A program made the position numbers and the translations under genes. From positions 26,565-90,564 of the IMG/VR virus record IMGVR_UViG_3300042486_001390: a stretch of DNA of 64,000 nucleotides. One strand, given 5' to 3'. The notes below the pieces were generated by a model. That model saw only the letters and a program-made list of their open reading frames with translations, was not told the DNA's origin and did not search any database. Positions 17,641 to 26,568 of this stretch are shown one piece after another. Each line of letters opens with the position of its first letter. The stretch's first letter is position 1. This DNA is from a virus.

Positions 17641-18168
17641 TTAATCACAAACTACCCGAAAACCAATATTACGCCAGCGACATTTTTCAAAATAGTAACT
17701 GAGTTGTGCCGCACAACATTCATAGGAGCAGGTATCGAATCCGCCCCCACGGGGAACGTTTTGACACCATTCCCAGACGTTGCCGTGCATATCGTACAAT
17801 CCCCAATTGTTAGGTAATTTCTGACCCACAGGATGAGTTATTAATCCAGAATTATCTTCGTACCAAGCGTAATCTTTTAGCTGATCGAAATCATTACCAA
17901 AGCTAAATAGGGTTTCTGTACCAGCGCGACAAGCATATTCCCATTCTGAATTTGTAGGTAGGCGATAGTTTTTCCCTGTTATTCGTCTCAATTTCTGGTA
18001 AAAAGCTATAGCGTCGTCATAACTAACTTGTTCTACTGGATTTTGGGGTTTGTGCATAAAATAAGAGGGGTTGTTTCCCATTACCTCTTGATATTGTTCT
18101 TGAGTTATTGGATATTTCCCAATTTTAAAGGTTACGTTCGGAATCTCTATCATTTCAATCTCAATCAT
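17641..18168 (-). CDS. Second FGE-sulfatase/CLec-fold protein
   Basis: RLPTNSEWEYACRAGT, GLYDMHGNVWEWC, RGG...IGFRVVCD. Confidence 0.9.
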   Translation of the reverse strand: MIEIEMIEIPNVTFKIGKYPITQEQYQEVMGNNPSYFMHKPQNPVEQVSYDDAIAFYQKLRRITGKNYRLPTNSEWEYACRAGTETLFSFGNDFDQLKDYAWYEDNSGLITHPVGQKLPNNWGLYDMHGNVWEWCQNVPRGGGFDTCSYECCAAQLSYYFEKCRWRNIGFRVVCD

Positions 18169-18218
18169 TTTTTTGGCTCCTAAATAATTTGTTTTTACTG
18201 ATAACTGACAACTGATAA

Positions 18219-18554
18219 CTAATACTCGGAGGATAGCAATAGAATACCGTCACACAACCAAAGCGTGACCTCCGAAAAAGGAAACTCGGTAAATGGGATC
18301 TGCTGAGTTATGACAGATTCATTGTCTTGTTCGCAGGTAAGGACTGCGGATTTATCGGAGTTAACTATTAACATCCAGAACTGAATCTGGCTTGAATCAA
18401 GTTTTTTTTGCCATGACGCAATTGCATCAAGTAACCAATAGGCTTTACCATTTTCGGCCACATATTTTACACCATCGGTGTACTCAAACGGGTAATTTTT
18501 ATTACTGTAGTAATTTTCCGTGCCATGAAAATTACTAAGATTTTCTTTGTTCAT
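18219..18554 (-). CDS. DUF6876-family protein
   Basis: FHGTENYY...YTDGVKYVA...AYWLLDAIASWQ...LLLSSEY. Confidence 0.75.
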   Translation of the reverse strand: MNKENLSNFHGTENYYSNKNYPFEYTDGVKYVAENGKAYWLLDAIASWQKKLDSSQIQFWMLIVNSDKSAVLTCEQDNESVITQQIPFTEFPFSEVTLWLCDGILLLSSEY

Positions 18555-18610
18555 GATTTTGACTCCTAATAGGTTGCTAATAACTGATAGCTGATAACTG
18601 ATAACTGGTA

Positions 18611-19087
18611 TTAAAACTCTTGCCATGTCGTCGGATCGGACATTGGCTCACTGTACCGACTTAAATCCGATGGTTCGTTATCATCGTAAATAAAATCGTC
18701 GTTCGGTTCGTTACTAGGAATCTCATAGTAGCGTCCGCCGCAATCCACAAAGCCCATCGTAGGGGACAATGCAAAAGCTTTTTTGACGGGTTGAAATTCG
18801 ATTGCGGGTAATTCCTGGTTGGGAAGTTTTCCGTCGGGGCTGAAACCCCGACTTAACTTGCCATTAAAGGCATCAAACCACCACTCCTTCCCAGTTTGCT
18901 GGCAAGTGACTCGGAGGGTCGTTATTTGTCCCTCTCCCCATACTTCAAGAGCGACACGGTGTTTTTGTCCTTTGGCGACCATGACAAAATTACCAGACAT
19001 AACGGGGACGGAGTTAGATTTGACGGATACGCGATTGGATGCTAACATGACTTTTGACCTAATAAGGGTTGACGGAAAGGCGATCAC
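18611..19087 (-). CDS. Hypothetical protein
   Basis: First gene of the operon; TTGACA promoter at ~19155. Confidence 0.6.
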   Translation of the reverse strand: MIAFPSTLIRSKVMLASNRVSVKSNSVPVMSGNFVMVAKGQKHRVALEVWGEGQITTLRVTCQQTGKEWWFDAFNGKLSRGFSPDGKLPNQELPAIEFQPVKKAFALSPTMGFVDCGGRYYEIPSNEPNDDFIYDDNEPSDLSRYSEPMSDPTTWQEF

Positions 19088-19211
19088 ACTAATTTGTGGT
19101 TGGGAGTGGTCGTCTTTCTCTATATCTGTATATTACCGCGAAGTCAGTAATATTGTCAAGCATTATTCCAAAAAAAGTTATAATAAATTGTAGAGACACA
19201 AAACTAATACA

Positions 19212-19415
19212 ATGGTACTAAAAAACAGAGTCAAAGAATTTACACAGTCTAGAGGTATCACAATCTATAAATTCATTCAACAAACAGGGATTGCGATGTC
19301 CACGGGATACAAACTATCTCAGAATCCTAATCACTTACCGTCTATCACAGTCTTACAGGCAATCTGTAACAGATACGAGATACAGCCTAACGAAATTGTC
19401 TATTGGATTGATTGA
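19212..19415 (+). CDS. XRE/Cro-like HTH regulator
   Basis: 67 aa, RGITIYKF..TGIAMSTGYKL...LQAIC; divergent from the early operon. Confidence 0.85.
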   Translation: MVLKNRVKEFTQSRGITIYKFIQQTGIAMSTGYKLSQNPNHLPSITVLQAICNRYEIQPNEIVYWID

Positions 19416-19434
19416 AAGTGTGATATACTGGCAA

Positions 19435-19507
19435 GCGGGGTGAGTGAAATGGTTTCCACATAGGCCTCATAAGCCTAAAACACTAGGTTCGACTCCTAGA
19501 CCCCACA
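19435..19507 (+). tRNA. tRNA with CAT anticodon (elongator Met or Ile2), atypical
   Basis: Acceptor GCGGGGT/ACCCCAC (C2.A71 mismatch), anticodon arm TAGGC-CTCATAA-GCCTA, T arm CTAGG-TTCGACT-CCTAG, upstream TGnTATACT; no encoded CCA. Confidence 0.8.
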
Positions 19508-19511
19508 TTAA

Positions 19512-19570
19512 TCAAGTAAAATTCCAATTAAGAGAATTATCAAATCCTTGAATGTCAGTAAGGAATTTTT
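19512..19570. repeat. Duplicate of the padR 3' end (21245-21303)
   Basis: 42 bp identical, 59 bp with 3 mismatches. Confidence 0.9.
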
Positions 19571-19744
19571 AACTGACAGGGGGACAAGAGGACTGAATCT
19601 ATATATCATAAGCTTTTCATGGTTTTAGCTCGAAAAAATTCGCCGCACCATATCTCGCTTATTAATAATAATTCCCAGTAAGCTTGCTCCTGTCCCTAAT
19701 TCTTTCGTTGGCTTTTTGCCTAGAATCGCTAGTTCTTTAAATCA

Positions 19745-19830
19745 GGCGCAGAACCCCGCAGGGGAAAGAAGCAGAAACCTAAATCGTGAGGCTTGGGAAT
19801 CGCCGTCCGTTTACGGCGGTGAGAGTGAAA
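19745..19830 (+). mobile_element. IS605/TnpB right-end (omega-RNA-like) remnant
   Basis: AAGCAGAAACCTAAATCGTGAGGCTTGGGAATCGCCGTCCGTTTACGGCGGTGAGAGTGAAA: two hairpins resembling tnpB 3' ends. Confidence 0.5.
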
Positions 19831-19858
19831 CTTCCGGGGTCACGGTTTCGATCAACGG

Positions 19859-20359
19859 TCAGGACGGAGGGGGAAGGGGGCAAGGTTCCCCAGTGGGAAT
19901 TGGGGAAGCGATCGAAGCCGATTGCTGTAACCTTAGCAGTCTTTCCATATTGTCTAGCCGTGATTTAATTGCCGCTATCTGATGATCGACTTGAAGCGAC
20001 CTATCTCTGATTTTTTGATTAATATCCTTGATGTCGCCGTCAACAGCCAGAACCCAGTTGTCAAGCCGATCCTTTACAACCTCTATACTCGGTACATTAT
20101 CGGGTAAGTGATTAGATAGCTTTTTTTCTATCGCATCCTCACTAAATTTACTAGGTACGGTATCGAGTAACGGACTACCTACTAACTCAGGGTTATAGGC
20201 TAAAAGCTTCAATAATTCGATGATGCCAGTGCCAAGAGAAGGGAGCGTTTCCCCTTCCTTATCCTTACGGGTGATACCGTACTGGTTGCAGTACCCAGTA
20301 ATAAAATCTTCTATGTCCTTTGGCAAATAGCAGGTTACAGCCTTGTTGTTTGTGGTCAT
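19859..20359 (-). CDS. RHH-like DNA-binding protein
   Basis: N-terminal KAVTCYLPKDIEDFI strand-helix. Confidence 0.5.
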   Translation of the reverse strand: MTTNNKAVTCYLPKDIEDFITGYCNQYGITRKDKEGETLPSLGTGIIELLKLLAYNPELVGSPLLDTVPSKFSEDAIEKKLSNHLPDNVPSIEVVKDRLDNWVLAVDGDIKDINQKIRDRSLQVDHQIAAIKSRLDNMERLLRLQQSASIASPIPTGEPCPLPPPS

Positions 20360-20577
20360 GGTAAGTTACCTAGCCGATTACTTTTTTAGTCTAACACCTT
20401 ACCTTACTAGGGTAAGTGACCTATAAGATATAGTAATGTTTTGTAGTCAATTACCTAGTAAAGTCTGATTAATGGGTAGTTGACTTAGGTAAGTGACTAG
20501 GGTATTATAGATACATAAGGGGTTGAGACACCACAGAAAACCCCGCAGAACCTAGAAAACTAAAGAGGATTAAAGAT

Positions 20578-21132
20578 ATGTTGTTCGCTAACAAGATTAA
20601 CGAAGTTAATGCGTCTATTGCTGGCATTTCTCAAGAAATCGAAGATTTACAGTCCCGGATTGAAGCCTTACGGATCGAAAAGCTTGAGTTAGAACAGTAT
20701 CAACAGCAACTCGGATCGGCGGAAAATGCCTCCGAGAGTGCGATCGAGCAGGTCAAAACTGCATTGGCTATGATTAAAGCCATTAGCCCAGCAGAACGAG
20801 AAACCTTCAAGGATGCCCTAATTAGCCTTTTTGATGAGGGTGACATTCCCTTACTGGCAAGCGCCGAACCCGAACCCGAACCGGAACCGTCGGATAATGA
20901 AAATAACCCCCCCAATGGGAACGGTCACAATGGCAATGGTCACGGGCATATTGATGTGGAGTCTTTTGAGATAGGGGTCAGTGACCTCACAGCTTCCCTA
21001 AACAAAATGGGGATTAACGACCTACGAAAACTAGCCAAAAAACACCGACTAGATAGTAAGGGTGCAAAATTCATCCTGATTCACCGATTAATCGAGTCTG
21101 GCATCTCAGAAGCTGATCTAGTGGCAAGTTAA
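20578..21132 (+). CDS. Coiled-coil protein with C-terminal SAP/Rho-N-like domain
   Basis: Heptads, EP linker, LNKMGINDLRKLAKKHRLDSKGAKFILIHRL. Confidence 0.65.
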   Translation: MLFANKINEVNASIAGISQEIEDLQSRIEALRIEKLELEQYQQQLGSAENASESAIEQVKTALAMIKAISPAERETFKDALISLFDEGDIPLLASAEPEPEPEPSDNENNPPNGNGHNGNGHGHIDVESFEIGVSDLTASLNKMGINDLRKLAKKHRLDSKGAKFILIHRLIESGISEADLVAS

Positions 21133-21244
21133 AGCGATAATCACCCCGACCGATCGCGACGGTCGGGTGCAATCCTCTAAACTAAACTATCTAAAATTCG
21201 GTTTGAAGGCTCTCAGTTTTACCGATGAGATGAAAACCGACATT

Positions 21245-21538
21245 TCAAGTAAAATTCCAATTAAGAGAATTATCAAATCCTTGAATATCAGCAAGGGATT
21301 TTTCTCCTGATTGGGTAAGTCGATAGTATCTTTTTCTAGCACCGGCTCTATCGTTAGATCGCTCGGTTCCCCATCGAGATTTAATGAGTCCTTTTTCCTC
21401 TAATTTCTGAAATACAGGGTAAAACGAGCCAATATCAAGGCTTCTACCTTTAGTATTGGCTATAGATTCAATTATCTGTAATCCCGACAATTCTTTATTG
21501 TAGAGAGAGCGTAAAACAAGGATTTCTTTGTTTGTCAT
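21245..21538 (-). CDS. PadR-family transcriptional regulator
   Basis: GSFYPVFQKLEEKGLIKSRW...RKRYYRLTQSG. Confidence 0.9.
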   Translation of the reverse strand: MTNKEILVLRSLYNKELSGLQIIESIANTKGRSLDIGSFYPVFQKLEEKGLIKSRWGTERSNDRAGARKRYYRLTQSGEKSLADIQGFDNSLNWNFT

Positions 21539-21542
21539 TGCT

Positions 21543-21677
21543 TTAAAGTTTTCTAATCGGTCTTTTTCTGGGTGATTGTCGATCTTGAATTAAATCTTGG
21601 TTTTCCTCAAGGAAAGACTCTAGCTGATCATCGGGAATTTCTCGGAACTCGCCAGTTTTCAATAAAACAGTAGCCAT
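21543..21677 (-). CDS. Small hypothetical protein (likely start MATVLL)
   Basis: AGGAG RBS before the ATG at 21677. Confidence 0.5.
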   Translation of the reverse strand: MATVLLKTGEFREIPDDQLESFLEENQDLIQDRQSPRKRPIRKL

Positions 21678-21781
21678 GGTAAATCGAACTCCTGAATATT
21701 CGTCTCGATCGCTATTATAGCAGTGACTTGACATTGGCTCATAAAGGCTCATAACTTGGCTCATAAAGGCTCATAACGGCT

Positions 21782-22036
21782 TTATGAGCCTTTTGTATAA
21801 AAGGTTGCACGGCGCATACCATGCTGGTTTAAGCGACCTTGTTGTTTGAGCTTCTGTAACAGTTTAGAGGCTTGATCTTTGGTTAGACGACAGAGATACA
21901 TCACATCCGATCGCTTGATTTGCCCATGTTGAGCGGCGTAGTTAAGGACGAACTGCTCATTTTGGAGATTTGAAAAGCCTATTTGTCGAGCGTACTCAGT
22001 TTTTTGTCCTGCGGATTGATAGACGATTGAGAGCAA
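21782..22036 (-). pseudogene. C-terminal wHTH fragment of a RecG-like/ATP-binding protein
   Basis: EQFVLNY...GQIKRSDVMYLCRL...LLQKL...G...TFY; truncated at the 5' end. Confidence 0.55.
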
Positions 22037-22168
22037 AAACTCTACTCTAGAGGAACAAATCGAGTTAATGGGGGGATATTAAGTAAAAAGCAGTAAACAA
22101 CCTTGTTTACTGCTAAAATAAAAAACAATTGAAATTGACACCATAAATGGTACATAACTGATAAAGCT

Positions 22169-22197
22169 AACCCCTGTAGTCTCTACAGGGGTTTTTT
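22169..22197 (+). terminator. Intrinsic terminator
   Basis: AACCCCTGTAG-TCT-CTACAGGGGTTTTTT. Confidence 0.75.
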
Positions 22198-22282
22198 GTT
22201 GTCTAATGTTCGGAGCTTGTTGTCTAATGTTCGGAGCTTGGTGGGTAATGTTCGGAGCTTGTTGTCTAATGTTCGGAGCTTG
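22196..22282. repeat. Four tandem 21-bp repeats (iteron-like)
   Basis: TTGTTGTCTAATGTTCGGAGC x4; third copy TTGGTGGGTAATGTTCGGAGC. Confidence 0.9.
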
Positions 22283-22285
22283 GCT

Positions 22286-22968
22286 GATTGTTAGATTGTT
22301 AATAGATTGTAGATAAGGATATCTACAATGGAAGTCTTGATATATATAGGGTTCAGACTTTGTTGATGTTGTTAACGCTATCCCCCAATATTATTTTTTG
22401 TGTTCTTATTGCTGACCTCGATTAATTAGATTGTTAGTTTGTAAATAGGTTGTAAATACCCTTATTAACAAAGATAAAAAGGATAAAAGTATTGATATAT
22501 ATAGCTTTCATTATTTCTTTACCTCTTTGTTGATATTGTTGATGATTACCCCGTGTGTATTTTTTGCCTTATTGTTGAGCCTGTTTCTTTTTATTGTTGA
22601 CCTTGTTTGTTTTCTTTATCTTTTTCTCCTCCTATAAGGCATCGACAATATCTACAAAGTCTCAAACCTAGTCAAGGTAAAGGTTTCGATTGTTAATAAC
22701 CTTATTAACAATCGAATTACAAAAGAACAAATTAGCGATAAAACACTTCTCGACACTAAAATTCTCTGATTAGCCAAAAATACGGCATTTTGTCAATAGA
22801 GTCGGTTTTGCATTTAATGACTTTTTATTGCTGACTTTGCTGTATATCTTCTTTTCTCTCTTTTCCTCTATAAGGCATCGACAATATCTACAAAGTCTCA
22901 AACCTATACCCTGTAAAGCTTTCGATTGTAGATAAGGTTATCTACAATCTATTTACAATCTAACAATC
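22286..22968. repeat. Four multi-box arm elements in two nested inverted pairs
   Basis: Outer GATTGTTAGATTG... / ...CAATCTAACAATC (22286/22968); inner ~22432/22728. Confidence 0.85.
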
Positions 22969-23214
22969 GCTCTGTAGTATTTGTAGTATATGTAATACGG
23001 ATAGATAAAAAAATACCGCTCCCTCGTAGGGCGGTAATCCAAGTCAATCTTTAAAAAAATTTTCTCATAGTCTTAATAGAATTGTCAAGACAAAAAATAG
23101 CCGCGCTCCCGGGTGCGGTATAAAAGAGCGCGGCGGTATAAATTATGTTTTCCTTTTAAGTATATCTCAAAAAAGAAAATTTAATATATAATACAATAAA
23201 CAGTACAGAACTTA

Positions 23215-23676
23215 TTGATGCCCCAAAAAGTCCTCACAGGCAATCTCTATTTAATAGGGCAGTCGTATCCTACGATTGCCAGTGAAACTGTTATTGAGAT
23301 TAAGCAGGGAACGACTTGGGATGAGGAGTTTTATGTTCAAGGAGATATTACGGCATGGAACATTAACTTCTATATTGCCAAACAATCAGGCGAGACTAGA
23401 ATAGCTACTGGTCGGATCGAGGGGTTGCAATTTGGAGATTTTACGGTAGAGGGAACTGAATATGAAAATTACACTTATTTTAAGTTGATTGTCGATAGTA
23501 ATATTACGGCTGAAATGGATATTACTCCAATTGCAATCAAAGAAATACTCCAACCGAAAGCAGGAAGAGACTACTGGCAAGCTGACTTAGAGGCTTCTAG
23601 AACAATTGCTAGTAAATTGATAGTCCAACCTTTAGCTTTTGATTTAACTCCTGTAGTGGTGAGGGGGCAAGTCTGA
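23215..23676 (+). CDS. Putative tail/baseplate upper protein
   Basis: IEIKQGTTW...VVVRGQV resembles BppU-N-like proteins; first gene of the + strand fibre operon. Confidence 0.45.
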   Translation: MMPQKVLTGNLYLIGQSYPTIASETVIEIKQGTTWDEEFYVQGDITAWNINFYIAKQSGETRIATGRIEGLQFGDFTVEGTEYENYTYFKLIVDSNITAEMDITPIAIKEILQPKAGRDYWQADLEASRTIASKLIVQPLAFDLTPVVVRGQV

Positions 23677-24146
23677 TGGCGGTAATTATTCAGTCCTCTG
23701 GTGCGATAGCGGAAATAACAGGCATCTCTCAAAAGGTAATTCTTTCAGCTACTTTAGGGAATGCCGGCTGGTCTCCTATTCTTTCTTTAATTTCTGACGG
23801 CAATCGTCGGGTACTGCAAGTATCTGATTGGGTAGGCGGTTCTGGTTCGCCACCGGCTATTGGTGGGTATATTGGGAATAATGGCATAGTTCTATCGATT
23901 ACCGATGCGATTAATATTCGTGGCGAAAAAGGTGAGCAGGGAGAGCCAAGTCCTTCCTATCTACACACTCAATCCACTAATTCAGATAGTTGGCTAATTA
24001 ACCATAATTTAAATGCCTATCCTCAAATTCAATTATTTAGTTTAGGTTGGGTTAAAATTTATGCCGATGAACAGCATTTATCTTTGAATACTACCCAAGT
24101 TTCTTTTTCGTATCCTGCTGTAGGATACGCGATTCTTTCTTTATAG
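23676..24146 (+). CDS. Tail fibre-associated protein with short collagen motif
   Basis: RGEKGEQGEP; HTQS...WLINHNL. Confidence 0.65.
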   Translation: MAVIIQSSGAIAEITGISQKVILSATLGNAGWSPILSLISDGNRRVLQVSDWVGGSGSPPAIGGYIGNNGIVLSITDAINIRGEKGEQGEPSPSYLHTQSTNSDSWLINHNLNAYPQIQLFSLGWVKIYADEQHLSLNTTQVSFSYPAVGYAILSL

Positions 24147-24155
24147 AGGTAAATT

Positions 24156-24950
24156 ATGCCCCGATTTGATAACAACCTTACGTTTGCTCCTAATTCGACG
24201 GCAAAAGTCCCTAATCCACAGAGTGCAAACGACGCTGTAAATCTTGGATTTATAGAAGATTATTTTACTGGATTAAATGAGAAGGCGGCGGTTTTAGCTT
24301 CATCCTCTGGTAATATCAATTTAGATGCTCCAGGATCGACTATTGGGGGAGTAACGATGTCCCTTAATGGCCGTTTTTTAGCACCTAGTCAAACAAATAA
24401 CACTCAAAACGGGATTTATATTTGGAACGGGGCTTCTGTACCAGCAACGCGAAGTTCTGATGCAAATACTTCTACTGAGTTAAATAATGCCACTGTTTAT
24501 GTTCCCGATTCTACGGGAACAACTATCGGTGCGACTTATCGACAAATTACCCGAAATCCAATAATAGGAACCGATCCGATTATCTGGACTATTTACGGAA
24601 ATTCTGTCCCTGATGCAACGACAACTACTCCGGGAAGAGTAACTTTAGCATCCTCGACAAATATTAATAACAATACCGATGTAGGTAAAGTTGTTACTGT
24701 GGAAGCTTTGCTAGGTTCAAATGTAATTAAACGACAAGCTAAAGCCACAATTGGCAATGGCACTGACAGCACTTTCCCTATCAGCCACACGTTTAATACT
24801 TTTGATGTTGATGTAAAAGTCCGCAGAACTGCTGGCGATCGAGCCGATGTATATCCAGATATTACAAGGCCAACTACTGGATCAATTACGGTTACTTTTA
24901 GCTATGTTCCGACTGCTGGAGAGTTTACTGTATTGCTAGAGGCTTATTGA
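24156..24950 (+). CDS. Tail fibre protein
   Basis: NDAVNLG, QTNNTQNGIY, VPDATTTTPGRVTLAS, IGNG...FPISH motifs. Confidence 0.7.
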   Translation: MPRFDNNLTFAPNSTAKVPNPQSANDAVNLGFIEDYFTGLNEKAAVLASSSGNINLDAPGSTIGGVTMSLNGRFLAPSQTNNTQNGIYIWNGASVPATRSSDANTSTELNNATVYVPDSTGTTIGATYRQITRNPIIGTDPIIWTIYGNSVPDATTTTPGRVTLASSTNINNNTDVGKVVTVEALLGSNVIKRQAKATIGNGTDSTFPISHTFNTFDVDVKVRRTAGDRADVYPDITRPTTGSITVTFSYVPTAGEFTVLLEAY

Positions 24951-24951
24951 T

Positions 24952-25362
24952 GTGGCAGAAAACGCAGGGATAATTACTAAACTCCAGGATTTTGTTGACG
25001 TTAATTGGGTTGCTAGTCGGTTGCAAAGCGAGATAGTAACTATTACGAACATTTCTGCTGCACAGCAAATTCCTGTTGCTTCTTTTCTAAGAGAAATTAC
25101 TCTTTTAGAAGTGCGAAATTTGCGTACAACCGTGGGAAGTGCTACAATGACTTTTAGCTTTGGTAGTGGTGCTTCTTTTGGGGCAATACCAGGACTATCT
25201 AACCTATCTCTTACTACTGCCCGGGCTAATTTTACAGTATCTGGACAAGGACAAATTATTACTACTGCTCAAGAAATTCGATTCGATATTACCAGTGTTA
25301 CTGGCGGACCATTGAGTATCCCCTTTTTGTTAATTTTTCGCGAAACACCGTCGCTAACTTAA
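24952..25362 (+). CDS. Putative tail fibre-associated protein
   Basis: Beta-rich, 136 aa, in the fibre operon. Confidence 0.5.
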   Translation: MAENAGIITKLQDFVDVNWVASRLQSEIVTITNISAAQQIPVASFLREITLLEVRNLRTTVGSATMTFSFGSGASFGAIPGLSNLSLTTARANFTVSGQGQIITTAQEIRFDITSVTGGPLSIPFLLIFRETPSLT

Positions 25363-25794
25363 ATGCCTAATAGTTTAACTGCCCAAAGTTTATTCCTAAA
25401 TAGTCCCGAATATATTGAAAGATACCAAATTGCATTAACAAATGTTTCTGGGTCTTTCAATGGAATGTCAACTGATCCAGCTTTTTTCGGTAATCAAATC
25501 AAGCCTAGTTTAATCGATGATGAATCTGTCCGATTTTATGTTTACAAAAGGATTTTATCAGAAATGATCGTTTTTAATCCTTATGTTAAATTAAATGTGG
25601 CTAAATTGGGAATGACGGCATCAGTCTTTGGAGAAACTCCAAGACTTACTATTTCTGTTAATAGCGAAGGGAAATTAAATCCGATTTCTGAATCGGATAT
25701 TTTGCAAGCAGTAATAGAACAATTCAACGACGAGAATCTGTTAGCTCAATTGCTAAATCAAAATATTCTCAAAGTGTCTGCGGTTTTTAATTAA
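25363..25794 (+). CDS. Hypothetical protein in the fibre operon
   Basis: Translationally coupled ORF. Confidence 0.55.
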   Translation: MPNSLTAQSLFLNSPEYIERYQIALTNVSGSFNGMSTDPAFFGNQIKPSLIDDESVRFYVYKRILSEMIVFNPYVKLNVAKLGMTASVFGETPRLTISVNSEGKLNPISESDILQAVIEQFNDENLLAQLLNQNILKVSAVFN

Positions 25795-26531
25795 TGCTAA
25801 TAATTGACGCTAGTCCCCCATTGTGGACACCCGCAAATCTACCTGGGCTTTCGGTGTGGTTTGATGCAGCGGACCTGGCCACCATCACGGCGAGCAGTGG
25901 CGGCGGTGTGACCGAGTGGCGCGACAAAAGCGGGTTTCAACGTAATGTGTCCGTGCCATCCGTGTCCAATAGCCCGACCCTGCGACAGAATGTCCAAAAC
26001 GGCTTGCCGGCCATCGACTGGGGGGCAGCGATAAATAACAGAGGGCTGCGGCGCATCTCTGGGCTGTCCGGTTTCAATCCGACCCGATATTTGATTGTCG
26101 CCCATTACGAAGGGCCGAACCCGTTCAGTGAGTATGGCGGTTTGGTTTGCCACCAATTCAACGCAACGACCGATGCTATTCTCACGCAAAACTTCGGCGC
26201 CGGATGGTACGCTGGCTCATTTTTCCATAACGGCAACCCCACGGCGACCAGCGCGGCTCTTCCGACGATCAGCCAGCCTTTCGTTGTAGCGTCAAATTTC
26301 GCGCATAGTGCCAACAGAACCAGTCTCTTTATCGGCAATGATCGGTTTTTACCGGGGCTTTCGCGCGGCTGGCGCGGCAAGATTTTCGAGGTCGTGGGGA
26401 TAGATTTCGTCTGGTCGGGCGCAGAGCGCGCCCGAGCGGAAGGATACGCATCATGGAAATGGGGCCTCGTCGCTAACCTGCCCGCCACGCACCCGTTCAA
26501 AAACCGTCCGCCTCTTGTGTCTGATATTTAA
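25794..26531 (+). CDS. Putative receptor-binding protein (lectin/LamG-like), GC-rich
   Basis: WFDAAD...WRDKSG...EGYASWKWGL..NLP.THPFK. Confidence 0.65.
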   Translation: MLIIDASPPLWTPANLPGLSVWFDAADLATITASSGGGVTEWRDKSGFQRNVSVPSVSNSPTLRQNVQNGLPAIDWGAAINNRGLRRISGLSGFNPTRYLIVAHYEGPNPFSEYGGLVCHQFNATTDAILTQNFGAGWYAGSFFHNGNPTATSAALPTISQPFVVASNFAHSANRTSLFIGNDRFLPGLSRGWRGKIFEVVGIDFVWSGAERARAEGYASWKWGLVANLPATHPFKNRPPLVSDI

Positions 26532-26568
26532 GGTAAAATAAAATCAGAAAATATTTGGAGAATTTAAA

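Noticed and set aside
18564-18573. CCTAATAGG as another CRISPR-like hairpin
   Set aside because: It is the TTAGGAG RBS leader and has no GAAAC handle.
22196-22282. 21-bp repeats as a CRISPR array
   Set aside because: Repeats are contiguous with no spacers.
25839-26500. Overlapping antisense and alternate-frame ORFs
   Set aside because: Expected by-products of the GC-rich gene on the + strand.
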